In this document: positions 1 to 9,298 of the stretch, piece after piece
Numbering within the stretch: the stretch's first letter is position 1
How the letters are laid out: every line of letters begins with the position of its first letter
NCBI GenBank assembly: GCA_963704885.1
Contig: CAVPIB010000004.1
Coordinates: 832,001 to 896,000, forward strand
Direction: 5' to 3'
DNA length: 64,000 bases
Source: an uncultured Actinomycetes bacterium
Lineage (GTDB): Bacteria > Actinomycetota > UBA4738 > HRBIN12
Made by a program: the position numbers and the translations under genes
The notes under the pieces: generated by a model
What the model was told of the DNA's origin: nothing
Databases searched by the model: none
What the model saw: the letters and a program-made list of their open reading frames with translations, nothing else

Positions 1-1029
1 GGCTCTGGACGGCTCCTGTGGTCAACATCTGCCGCCCGGGGGATGAACGAGGTGCTTGCCGACTTCCGCCCGGACGTCGTGCACCTTCACAACATCTACC
101 ACCAGCTCTCCCCGTCGATCCTGCAGCCCGTCAGGCGACGGCGGATCCCGGCCGTCATGACGCTTCACGACTACAAGCTCGCGTGCCCCACGTATCGGTT
201 CATCGATCACGGCGAGATCTGCGAGGCGTGCCTCCCCCACCGGTTCTGGGAACCGATCGCTCGGCGCTGCAACGGCGGATCGTTGGCGGCGAGCGCGCTC
301 AACGCCGTCGAGATGACCCTCCACACGTTCGGACGGGCCTACGGACCGGTGCAGATCTTCGCGTGCCCCAGCCGTTTCCTGCTGGGCAAGATGGAAGCGG
401 GCCGAGTCTTCCCGGACCGCCTGCGGTGGATCCCGAACTTCGTGGATCTGGACGCGTTCACTCCGAAGCAGGAACCTGGCGGTGACGTTGTCTTCGCGGG
501 GAGACTCTCCGATGAGAAGGGCGTGGACGTCCTGGTCGAGGCCGTGGCAGGCCGTTCGGATCTCCGTCTGGACGTTGCGGGTGACGGCCCGGCACGCCCA
601 CGGCTCGAGACGCTCGCCGCGGAGCGTGGCGCCGCCGACCGGATCCGGTTCCACGGGCGGCTTGCTGCGGATGCGCTCCAAGACCTGCTCCGATCGGCGA
701 GCGTCGCGGTAGTCCCCTCACGCTGGTACGAGAACATGCCGCTCGCCGTGCTCGAGGCGTTCGCATCCGGGCTACCTGTCGTGGGGACGGCTCTCGGAGG
801 CGTGCCCGAGCTGATCGAGCCGGGTGTCGACGGCGCGATCGTGGCTCCGAACGACCCAGCGGCTCTGGGTGAGACGCTCGCTGCATTCGTGGGCGAGCCG
901 GAACGATCGATGACCCTGGGTCGGAACGCACGTGCCAAGGCCGAGCGCGAATACTCCCCGGCCGTGCACATGGAGCGGCTGGACGCGCTTTACGCGGAGG
1001 CCGCCACGCGATTGCAGGGCGTGGCATGA
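1..1029 (+). CDS. Glycosyltransferase family 4 (GT-B), 5'-truncated by window edge
   Basis: Frame open from base 1. DVVHLHNIYHQLSPS and TLHDYKLACP N-terminal motifs, FAGRLSDEKG, ENMPLAVLEA (EX7E). Confidence 0.92.
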   Translation, partial: GSGRLLWSTSAARGMNEVLADFRPDVVHLHNIYHQLSPSILQPVRRRRIPAVMTLHDYKLACPTYRFIDHGEICEACLPHRFWEPIARRCNGGSLAASALNAVEMTLHTFGRAYGPVQIFACPSRFLLGKMEAGRVFPDRLRWIPNFVDLDAFTPKQEPGGDVVFAGRLSDEKGVDVLVEAVAGRSDLRLDVAGDGPARPRLETLAAERGAADRIRFHGRLAADALQDLLRSASVAVVPSRWYENMPLAVLEAFASGLPVVGTALGGVPELIEPGVDGAIVAPNDPAALGETLAAFVGEPERSMTLGRNARAKAEREYSPAVHMERLDALYAEAATRLQGVA

Positions 1030-2156
1030 AGCGTCTGCGGATCGCCATGGTGGGCCAGCGAGGCGTCCCGGCGACCTTCGGCGGGATCGAGCACCACGTG
1101 GAGGAGTTGGGCTCCCGACTGGTCGAGCGGGGTCACGACGTGGTGGTCTACGCCCGCCCCAATTATCTGGAAGAGCCGATCCAGGAGCATCGGGGGATGC
1201 GGATCAAGGTGCTCCCAACGGTCAGCAGCAAGCACCTGGACGCCATCGTTCACAGCGGCGTTTCCACCGTGGCAGCGATGCGAGAGCGTGTGGACATCGT
1301 CCACTACCACGCGATCGGACCGGGCATCCCTGCGGTCTTGCCCAGGTTCGCGTCGCGGGCCAAGGTGGTCCTCACGGTGCACGGACGCGATAGCGAACGC
1401 GGGAAGTGGGGCGGCGGCGCCCGAACCGTGCTGCGGACCGCCGAGTGGATGTCCGCGAGGGTTCCCGACGCCACGATCGTGGTCTCGCGCGACCTGCAGA
1501 ACCACTACGCCGACGCCTACCGGCGCCGTACCTGGTACATCCCCAACGGGGTCGATCCGGGCGAGCCACTGGCCGCGAATGAGATCGCGAAGCGGTGGGG
1601 ACTCTCCAAAGGCTCCTACGTGTTGTTCGTGGGACGGCTTGTCCCCGAGAAGGCGCCGGACCTGCTGATCCGCGCGTTCCGACGTTTGCCGGGCGACCTA
1701 CGGCTGGTGATCGTGGGCGGCTCGAGCTTCACGGACGACTACGTCACATCGCTCGAGACGCTCGCGTCGCAGGACAACCGGGTGATCATGGCGGGATACG
1801 TGTATGGAGCCGTCCTCTCCGAGCTCTACTCCAACACCGCCGCCTTCGTGCTGCCGTCCGCGCTGGAGGGGCTGCCGCTCACCCTCCTCGAAGCCTCGTC
1901 GTTCGGGGCTCCGGTCGTGGTGAGCGACATCCCTCCGCACCTGGAGGTCGTGGGTGAGGACGCCCCAGGACATAGGGTGTTCACGAGCGGATCTGAAGAC
2001 GGGGCCGTTGCCGCGCTAGAGCGAGCGCTGGTTGATCCAGCCGTCGAAAGGGAGGCTGCGGCGGCCTTCCGAGCGGACGTGCTGGAGCGCTATCGCTGGG
2101 ATCGAGCGGTCGAGCGAACCGAGGAGGTCTACGCGTCGATCCTGCGACGCGGCTAG
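1026..2156 (+). CDS. Glycosyltransferase family 4
   Basis: GQRGVPATFGGIE, LFVGRLVPEK, EGLPLTLLEA. ATGA overlap with the upstream GT. Confidence 0.93.
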   Translation: MKRLRIAMVGQRGVPATFGGIEHHVEELGSRLVERGHDVVVYARPNYLEEPIQEHRGMRIKVLPTVSSKHLDAIVHSGVSTVAAMRERVDIVHYHAIGPGIPAVLPRFASRAKVVLTVHGRDSERGKWGGGARTVLRTAEWMSARVPDATIVVSRDLQNHYADAYRRRTWYIPNGVDPGEPLAANEIAKRWGLSKGSYVLFVGRLVPEKAPDLLIRAFRRLPGDLRLVIVGGSSFTDDYVTSLETLASQDNRVIMAGYVYGAVLSELYSNTAAFVLPSALEGLPLTLLEASSFGAPVVVSDIPPHLEVVGEDAPGHRVFTSGSEDGAVAALERALVDPAVEREAAAAFRADVLERYRWDRAVERTEEVYASILRRG

Positions 2157-2160
2157 CGAG

Positions 2161-3405
2161 TCAGTCGTGTATCAGGATCGAAGCCCTGTGCGCGCCCAGG
2201 ACGACCGGCGCCGCGCGACGAAGGCCGGACCCACGGAGCGCGCTCAGTCCGACCCGGATGCGAGCAGCCGTCGGGTTCACTACCACTACCCCGTTCTCGA
2301 ACCGCCGGACGAACGCGCCACGGACGCGATGGGCGCGACCGAGCGGGTCCCCTAGATCGACCGACCAGAGGGGCCGAAACGAGGTCAGCCCGTGACCGAC
2401 CCGGAACGAGAAGTAGCCCTGGCCGGGCTGATAGCCCAGGAGGAACGTTCCCAGCGCGTACCGGTGTAGGGCCGTGCGTTGGCGCGACGAGGCCTCCGTC
2501 CACACCTTCGTCATGGAGAGGGCCCGCACACCGTGCTTCGCGACATCGGTGAGCATGCGAACGTCCTCCCGCCACTCCCAACGACCGCGGAAATCCTCGG
2601 CAGGAGCCGTCGGGTCACGGACGAAAGTCTCCGCCATGGCACCGTCCAAACCGTCAAGTAGGGAAGACGAAGGAACGTCGGCGAAGTATCGATCGCCGTT
2701 GGCGAGCCCGTTGCCGAATACGGCGGCTGGCGAGACCAGCCTGCGTGTCACGTTGGCGATCCGCCGGGTCGCGGAGAGCCAGGCAGCAGCGGTCCATGTG
2801 CCTCCCGTTCGAGGATCGACAGGCAGCGCCGTCACGTAGGCATCGCTCAACGGTGCAGTCCCCAACACGTCTAGGAAGCATCCGTCGTAGCCGCTCTCAC
2901 TCATGAAGGCGTCGCAGCGCCGGGCCACGTCGGCGATCCAGCCGGATCGATCCGGTCGCATCAGGTAGTTGCCGAACCCCAAGGACCGAACGCGGTCGCC
3001 GTTCGCGTCGGTCGCATACCAGGAGTCAGGGTAGGTGTCTCCCTCGTTCGACTGGGCCATGACCCCGTTCAGATACACAAGGAGGGTGAGGTCGGGGTTC
3101 GCGGCCTTCATGTCGGCCACGTACTTCGCATATGTCCCCTTGAGCGCCACGATGAGGTCGAAATCCCGAGCCTGGCGGAGTGCCCGCTCGCGAGAAACGT
3201 CGACGACGCCCGCCATGAAATCCGCGGCCCACACCGGGATGTGCTCGGGGTCGGCCGGCTGGTTAGAAGGAGCGGAGGCCGAACGGGTCGCTGAAGCTTC
3301 GTCAAGGTGCCCGCCGCCCGCGTGCGCGGGGATGGCTGATACCGAGATCGTCGCGATGAACGCGACGATCGAGGCTAGAACGTTCCTGGTCGTCCGGTTG
3401 GCCAC
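2161..3405 (-). CDS. Secreted putative glycoside hydrolase, GHL15-like TIM barrel
   Basis: Signal peptide (...IPAHA). YDGCFLD and DGAMAE acidic motifs, C-terminal RRFENGVVVVNP. GTG start with GGAGGGA RBS. Confidence 0.65.
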   Translation of the reverse strand: MANRTTRNVLASIVAFIATISVSAIPAHAGGGHLDEASATRSASAPSNQPADPEHIPVWAADFMAGVVDVSRERALRQARDFDLIVALKGTYAKYVADMKAANPDLTLLVYLNGVMAQSNEGDTYPDSWYATDANGDRVRSLGFGNYLMRPDRSGWIADVARRCDAFMSESGYDGCFLDVLGTAPLSDAYVTALPVDPRTGGTWTAAAWLSATRRIANVTRRLVSPAAVFGNGLANGDRYFADVPSSSLLDGLDGAMAETFVRDPTAPAEDFRGRWEWREDVRMLTDVAKHGVRALSMTKVWTEASSRQRTALHRYALGTFLLGYQPGQGYFSFRVGHGLTSFRPLWSVDLGDPLGRAHRVRGAFVRRFENGVVVVNPTAARIRVGLSALRGSGLRRAAPVVLGAHRASILIHD

Positions 3406-3426
3406 GTCGTTCCCTCCAGTCCAGGC

Positions 3427-3452
3427 ATCGGCGGACCTGAAGGGCCCCTTTA
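3427..3452 (-). promoter_or_regulatory. Candidate sigma28/WhiG-type promoter (TAAA-N16-GCCGAT)
   Basis: Minus strand reads TAAA ggggcccttcaggtcc GCCGAT, ending about 21 nt before the GTG at 3405. Confidence 0.4.
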
Positions 3453-3540
3453 GCCATCCGGGGGACGCGAGGTAGCTCGGCTAGACTGGACCTTTGGCGG
3501 GCCGCGGAATCGCCGTCGGCCGGATCCCCCCGGGGGTGGC

Positions 3541-4482
3541 GTGAGCGCGAAGGTCCTCTACATCGCCGGCTCCGGCCGGAGCGGTAGCACCATCCTCGAC
3601 AACATCCTGGGACAGCTCGAGGGCTTCGTTTCCGCAGGTGAGGTGCGCTTCTTGTGGGAGCGGGGGATGCGGGAGGATCGCACCTGTTCGTGCGGAACGG
3701 CGTTCTCGTCGTGCTCCTTCTGGGGCGAGGTGCTCACGACGGCGTACGGCGACCGTGCAACGCCGGACCCGGAACGGATGATGGCCCTCCTGGCCCGAGG
3801 GACGCGGGCTAGGCACATCCCCCGGCTCGTCGGTTCGGCCCGTCGGCGAGAAGCGTTCGTAGGAGGGCTCGACGAGCTCCCCGACCGGCTCTCGTCGCTG
3901 TACGGAGCTATCGCCGATGCCGCCGGGGCCCGCGTCATCGTGGACTCGTCCAAGCTCCCCACATACGGGATGGTCTTGGATCAGGTCCCCGGCGTCGACC
4001 TGCGGATCGTGCACCTGGTGCGCGACCCACGCGCGACCGCATACTCGTGGCGCCGCAAGAAGTCGCTGCCAGACAAGCCTGGCAGCACTATGCAACGACA
4101 AGGTCCGCTGAAGGCCTCGGCACTCTGGATGCTCTGGAACGGAGCAGCGGGTGTGTTCTGGCGCAAGGACCGCGAGCGGTATCTACGGCTGCGCTACGAG
4201 GACTTCGTGCGGGATCCGAGATCGAGCATCGAGCGGGTCTGCGCATTCGTGGGCGAGGACCCAAGCGGGTCACCCTTCGTGTCGGAGACCGAGGTGGAGC
4301 TGACCCCGTCGCACTCGGTCGCGGGGAACCCGAGCCGGTTCACCACGGGACGCGTAGCGCTTTGGCCCGATGACGAGTGGCGAACCGCGATGCGCCCGAG
4401 AGACCGCGCGATAGTCACAGCCGTAACGTGGCCGCTGCTGTGGCGGTACGGGTACGTCGCGGGGACGCGCGGTGATGGTTAG
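3541..4482 (+). CDS. Sulfotransferase (PAPS-dependent)
   Basis: 5'-PSB loop IAGSGRSGST, VDSSK, 3'-PB HLVRDPRATAYS, LRYEDFV. Confidence 0.9.
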   Translation: MSAKVLYIAGSGRSGSTILDNILGQLEGFVSAGEVRFLWERGMREDRTCSCGTAFSSCSFWGEVLTTAYGDRATPDPERMMALLARGTRARHIPRLVGSARRREAFVGGLDELPDRLSSLYGAIADAAGARVIVDSSKLPTYGMVLDQVPGVDLRIVHLVRDPRATAYSWRRKKSLPDKPGSTMQRQGPLKASALWMLWNGAAGVFWRKDRERYLRLRYEDFVRDPRSSIERVCAFVGEDPSGSPFVSETEVELTPSHSVAGNPSRFTTGRVALWPDDEWRTAMRPRDRAIVTAVTWPLLWRYGYVAGTRGDG

Positions 4483-7442
4483 GCGATCGCGAAGTTGATC
4501 CACGGACGCGTGGCGTCTGCGTTCCCGGCCGCATCGAGGGCACGGACCGTGATCGTGTAGTTGCCCGTCACGGAAGGCGTCCATGCGTAGGTCCATGAGG
4601 TAGGACTACCGCCGGGCAGAGAGAGCACGGCGCCAGGATTCCACGTGAACGACGTCACCCACGTTCCTGTGGAGGCCTTCCACCACTGCCCCGTGTCGCG
4701 ATCCTTGATCCCCACCCGCACATCGACCACGCCGACGTCGTCGGTGGCAGCGCCGGTGAAGATGATCGGTCCGAACGGGAGGATCTCGTTCCTCGCGACC
4801 GACGACACCGTGCCGTCGGGAGCCACGGTGTCGGGACCACCGAGATCGACCGTGATCCCCGTTTGAACCTGGCTGCTTCGATCTCCGACCAGGTCCACCG
4901 AGCGGGCTACGATCGCGTAGTTGCCAGTCGCAGGCGGCGACCACGACCATGACCACGACGTAGATGCGGCGCCCGGAGTCGCAGGCGTCACCGCGAACCA
5001 GGTCTGCGTGGAGGACCATGCCGAACCCATCCACCACTGCCCACTGCCCATGTGCTGGACGGCCGTCTCGAGCGAGGCCACGCCTGTGTCGTCGCTCGCC
5101 GTTCCGGCCACGCTGAGTGAAGCGAGGGGAACAACGGAGCCGTCGATCGGGTCATCGAGCGTGACCGTCGGCGGACCAGCATCACTGGTCAGCTTTCGGA
5201 CATGTATGTCCCGCGTCACATTCCCAGCGGTAAGGGTGTTGTTGCTATCGCGCGCACGAACTTCGACGTGATAATCGCCTCCGTACTGGGCGCCGGGGAA
5301 GGTCCAGGACCAGGTTACGTTCGTCGGGGACGCGCCGACGTAAGGAACGATGCTCCACGACTGGTTGGTCTTCCAAGTGCCGGTCGCCGGCTCCCACCAG
5401 CTGCCGGTGGCCTGGTCCTGGATCGCAAGCTCCACGTTGGCGATGAGCGCGTTATCGGACGCCGTCCCCGTGAACGTCACCGGCGAATCGATGAACGCGC
5501 CGTCCGCCGGGGCCGTGACGCTCAGGGTCGGCCGAGAGAACTCATAGGCGGGCTTCGGCGTCGCGGGGTCGAACACCTCGATCCGGTCGTTCGTGGCGTC
5601 GGCCACATAGAGCAGCCCGCCGGCGTCGACCGACAGACCGGACGGGTTCCGGAACTGATAGGGGTTCGTGCCGTAGCCGCCCCACTTGCCCGCGAAGGCC
5701 GGGGGTGTGGTCTTCGAGACGGTCGGGGGGACCGTGAACGCCTGGATGCGGGAGAGCGCGTCATCGCTCGTGTAGAGCATGCTGCCGATGATCGCGACGT
5801 CCGACAGGGCCTGGAACTGGCCGTTTCCCGAACCTTTGCTTCCGAAGCTCGCTAGCGCCGTTCCTCCCAGCGGCGGGAACACGGAGACCTTGTTGCCGGC
5901 GAGCGCCACGAAGACGTTCCCTGTGGCTTGGTCAACGACGACGCCGCGACTGTTCCCGGGGATGGTCCCAACCTGGGTTCCCGTCGATGCGTCGAGGATC
6001 TTCACGACGGGACTGTCGCCCGGGTACTGGTTGCCGACGTCCGTGACATAGGCGTAGCCGTTGCCGAATGCCACCGCTTGGGGTTTCTCGAAGAACCCAG
6101 GTTGTGCGCTTCGCCGGATGCTCTCGTCACCGATCTGGAACAGGAAGTTCGCCTGGTCGTCGTAGACGTAGATCGTCCCGGCCGCGAAGTTCGTCACCCA
6201 GACGCGACGGTTCACCGGGTCGAATCCGATGCCTCGGGGGTATTTGAGGCCGTAGGGAGCCGTGCTGCCGCGGAACCCCCACGAGCCCAGCAAGGTCCCG
6301 TCCTGTGCGAACTTCTGGAACCGCTCGTTCCAAGAATCGGCGACCCAGACGTTCCCGGTCGTCGTGTCCACAGCGACGTCGCGTGGTTGTCCGAGCTGAC
6401 CTGCAGGCGGTGCCGGCGACGGTGATGGGAACGTTCGGAGCGCCGTCCCATCCACGTCGAAGCATTGGATCCGATAGCCTCCGTACTCGCTGACGCAGAC
6501 GTTCCCGTCGGCGTCGAGCGCGAGCTGACGCGGTCCCAGCAGCTGACCGAGAGCGGTCCCCTGCCCACCGAAATGGAACAGTGGCACGCCTGCGGTCGTG
6601 TACACCTCGATCTGCGACTGTATGGAGTCGACCACGTAGACGCGGTCGATCGCGTCGTCAACGAGGACGCTCCTCAGGTCACCCGACAAAGCGCCGACCG
6701 TGTCCGAGTCCCCTGCGGATCCGAACGACCCCCAGTAGGACCCGTCCGGTCCGATCATCTGGATGCGGCGATTGATCGAGTCCGAGATGTAGATCCGCCC
6801 CGTGGAGGCGACGTCGATCCCATAGGCCTGCGTCGGAAGCTGCTGGGGGAACAGGAGAGGGAGCGACCACAGTTGGGAGGTGCCGCCCGGCGCGAGCTTG
6901 ATAAGTCGCGCCGGATGGGTCGCGCTGCTCGCGAGGCTGCTGTCGAGCACGTAGATCGATCCGTCGTCGCCGACGGTCAGCCATCCTGTGTAGGTCTGAG
7001 CCGGAACGCCGCCTGGGTCGACCGCGATGTCCGGCAACCGGTTGCCCTGCGCGTCGTAGTGAGCGATGGTGTCTGGTTTCGGCTTGGCGACGTAGGTGTC
7101 GCCGTTGGTCGGATCGACTGCTACGGCGGCCAGGACCGATTCGGGGTCGCCGTTGGCACCGGTGGGCTGGGGCAGGTCGCGGACATACGTTCCGTCATCC
7201 GCGTACACGCGGAGCTGGTAGTTCAGATAGTCGGACACGATGAACTCGTCGCTGAAGCCGTTGTAGGCCATCCCCCAAGGGAAGAGGGCGGCCCTACCAG
7301 TGCCGGCGATCGTGCGAACGAGCGAGGGCGTCGCGAACGCCGCGTTCGCAGGACCGGCGGGAAGCGCAAGTAGTGGTAGCGAGATCGACAGCCCGACGAG
7401 CGCTCGCGCTACGCCTCTGCGGATGGTTGTGGATGTGTTCAT
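4479..7442 (-). CDS. Secreted NHL-repeat double beta-propeller + 3 Trp-rich Ig-like domains (protein C, ~987 aa)
   Basis: Signal peptide from MNTSTTIRRG to ANA-A. About 12 NHL-type blades (G.G.GQF..P.G...D....YVAD..N.RI..F). Three GTA.D..G(V/I)...WW....W...W.W modules. Confidence 0.85.
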   Translation of the reverse strand: MNTSTTIRRGVARALVGLSISLPLLALPAGPANAAFATPSLVRTIAGTGRAALFPWGMAYNGFSDEFIVSDYLNYQLRVYADDGTYVRDLPQPTGANGDPESVLAAVAVDPTNGDTYVAKPKPDTIAHYDAQGNRLPDIAVDPGGVPAQTYTGWLTVGDDGSIYVLDSSLASSATHPARLIKLAPGGTSQLWSLPLLFPQQLPTQAYGIDVASTGRIYISDSINRRIQMIGPDGSYWGSFGSAGDSDTVGALSGDLRSVLVDDAIDRVYVVDSIQSQIEVYTTAGVPLFHFGGQGTALGQLLGPRQLALDADGNVCVSEYGGYRIQCFDVDGTALRTFPSPSPAPPAGQLGQPRDVAVDTTTGNVWVADSWNERFQKFAQDGTLLGSWGFRGSTAPYGLKYPRGIGFDPVNRRVWVTNFAAGTIYVYDDQANFLFQIGDESIRRSAQPGFFEKPQAVAFGNGYAYVTDVGNQYPGDSPVVKILDASTGTQVGTIPGNSRGVVVDQATGNVFVALAGNKVSVFPPLGGTALASFGSKGSGNGQFQALSDVAIIGSMLYTSDDALSRIQAFTVPPTVSKTTPPAFAGKWGGYGTNPYQFRNPSGLSVDAGGLLYVADATNDRIEVFDPATPKPAYEFSRPTLSVTAPADGAFIDSPVTFTGTASDNALIANVELAIQDQATGSWWEPATGTWKTNQSWSIVPYVGASPTNVTWSWTFPGAQYGGDYHVEVRARDSNNTLTAGNVTRDIHVRKLTSDAGPPTVTLDDPIDGSVVPLASLSVAGTASDDTGVASLETAVQHMGSGQWWMGSAWSSTQTWFAVTPATPGAASTSWSWSWSPPATGNYAIVARSVDLVGDRSSQVQTGITVDLGGPDTVAPDGTVSSVARNEILPFGPIIFTGAATDDVGVVDVRVGIKDRDTGQWWKASTGTWVTSFTWNPGAVLSLPGGSPTSWTYAWTPSVTGNYTITVRALDAAGNADATRPWINFAIA

Positions 7443-7568
7443 GCCTGACACGCCCGATCGACGGTCCCGGAAGGAGACATCGTGGATTTGGGACCGATCT
7501 GCCCATCGAGCGTAAACGGTCCCCCTTCGGTCGACCATCGGCCGATAGGCTAAACCGTAGGACCTAGG

Positions 7569-9158
7569 CTATGCCTCTTCGGTGGAGGAACGCAGCCTCC
7601 GAAGATCGGGCAACCGTAGGGCCGATCCGACCGCTGCGAACACCCCGAGGCCCACCAGCCCCACGAGGCCGGTTTCGAGCAAGAGCTGCCACCGGGGCTG
7701 GGGGACACCCAGATCGAAGAGCTTGTAGCCGACGAGGAGCGCGCCAGTTGACGCCAGGGCCGCCGCCGTCAACGGTATGGCGAGCTCTCTCATCCCAGTC
7801 GACCGGATCCCAAGGTCATGTCTCAGGTGATACCAAGCGTGACCGACGTTCACGTACTGCGCGAGCGAATAGGCCGCGGCGACACCGATCACCGCGTACG
7901 GATCATGTCGCCCGAACGGGAGCATGCAGATAGGGATCAGCGCCAGGTTGGCGAGGACGCCGTAAACCGTGTTGCGCAACGGCGTGCGGGTATCCAGCCG
8001 GGCGAAGAAAGGCGCCAGCATCCCTCGCTGGACTCCCGAACCGATGATGCTCGCCGAGTAGACGGCAAGCGCGTAGCCGAGGATCGCCGCATCCTCGCTC
8101 GAGAAGCTTCCTCGGTGGAAGAGCGCACGGACCGCGGGCTCCGCCAAGACCGCCATCAGCACGGTCAATGCGACCGAGACCACCAGCAGGATGCGGATGC
8201 CGAGCCTCGTCGTCGATCGGATCGCGCGCTCGTCCTTCTGCGCCGTCACCTTCGTGAGCCGCGGCAGGAGAACGACCATCACCGAGCGGAACAGCACGGT
8301 GCCACCGATGGCTGAGATCAGGCGGTACCCGTAGTTGAGGATCGTGATGGACCCAGCGGGCAAGAAGGAAACGAAGAGTTGCTCGCCGACACGCGCGAGC
8401 GGGTTCAGTCCTGCCCCGAGCAGCGGTCGCACGCATAGCCCGCCGACCGAGATCACCTCCGGGTCGCGGATCCGTGCGCTGGCGCGGAACCGGAACCCCT
8501 TGCGGATCGCGATGAACGCCATGAAGACCAGCTGAGTGAGCGCCCCTGCCGCGTAGGCCCACACGATCACATGGACGTTGCTATCGCCCCGCCAAAGGAT
8601 CGCGCCGGCGGCGAGGCCGTTCATCACAACGTTCATGGCGGCGGGCGCCACGAACGAGTGAAAGGCGTTCAGGAGGGCACGAAGGACCTCCGCGAGCGCC
8701 ACGAGCGGCACGACGATGAACATCACCCGGGCGAGCGAGGCCGCCAGGTCCACCTCCGCCGCCGAGAGGCCGGGCGCCGTCACGCGCATCAACGGCCAGG
8801 CCAGCAGGCCCCCGACGAGGGCGATCCCCCCAGCGACGATCAAGGTCGCCGTCAACAACAGCGAGGTCAGCCGCCAAGTCTCCAGTCGGTCCTTGCGGAC
8901 GAGCCAGGTGGAGATGGCCGGCACCAGCGCCTGGTTCGCGCCGACCATGACGATCGCGACGAGCCCAAGCGGGATCCGAGCGGCCACGAAGAACGCGTCC
9001 GTGGAACTTCCGGCGCCGAAGGTCGCCGCGATCGCGACATCGAGGACGAGCCCGGAGAGGACCGATGCCGCAGCCGCGACGCTCGTCGTGCCGGACTGGC
9101 GGATGACGTCGCGCGTGGTGCGCTTCGGCCTGGACGCCTCGGGATCGCTCTCGCTCAG
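7569..9158 (-). CDS. murJ: MurJ/MviN-family (MOP) lipid-linked oligosaccharide flippase, likely CTG start
   Basis: Many hydrophobic TM segments. FGAGSSTDAFFVAARIP, LNYGYRL, LFHRGSFS, FFARLDTRTP. The conserved N-terminus lies upstream of the track start (8987). The best in-frame start candidate before the TAG at 9192-9194 is CTG at 9158, preceded by GAAGG. Confidence 0.82.
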   Translation of the reverse strand: MSESDPEASRPKRTTRDVIRQSGTTSVAAAASVLSGLVLDVAIAATFGAGSSTDAFFVAARIPLGLVAIVMVGANQALVPAISTWLVRKDRLETWRLTSLLLTATLIVAGGIALVGGLLAWPLMRVTAPGLSAAEVDLAASLARVMFIVVPLVALAEVLRALLNAFHSFVAPAAMNVVMNGLAAGAILWRGDSNVHVIVWAYAAGALTQLVFMAFIAIRKGFRFRASARIRDPEVISVGGLCVRPLLGAGLNPLARVGEQLFVSFLPAGSITILNYGYRLISAIGGTVLFRSVMVVLLPRLTKVTAQKDERAIRSTTRLGIRILLVVSVALTVLMAVLAEPAVRALFHRGSFSSEDAAILGYALAVYSASIIGSGVQRGMLAPFFARLDTRTPLRNTVYGVLANLALIPICMLPFGRHDPYAVIGVAAAYSLAQYVNVGHAWYHLRHDLGIRSTGMRELAIPLTAAALASTGALLVGYKLFDLGVPQPRWQLLLETGLVGLVGLGVFAAVGSALRLPDLRRLRSSTEEA

Positions 9159-9247
9159 TGGGATCGCCTTCGGATCGGGTTCCGGGTCAGCCTACGGTCT
9201 GGACTTGGCTACGTGTCGCAAGGCTGGAGTGCGTTCGACCTGACAAC

Positions 9248-9277
9248 ACGGAAGCGGGCCCGAAGGCCCGCTTCCGT
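9248..9277 (-). terminator. Hairpin terminator after NHL gene B2
   Basis: 13-bp perfect stem ACGGAAGCGGGCC/GGCCCGCTTCCGT with a cUUCGg loop on the minus strand. Weak U tail (GTTGT). Confidence 0.7.
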
Positions 9278-9298
9278 TCTCGCCCTCGCCTTCGAGGC

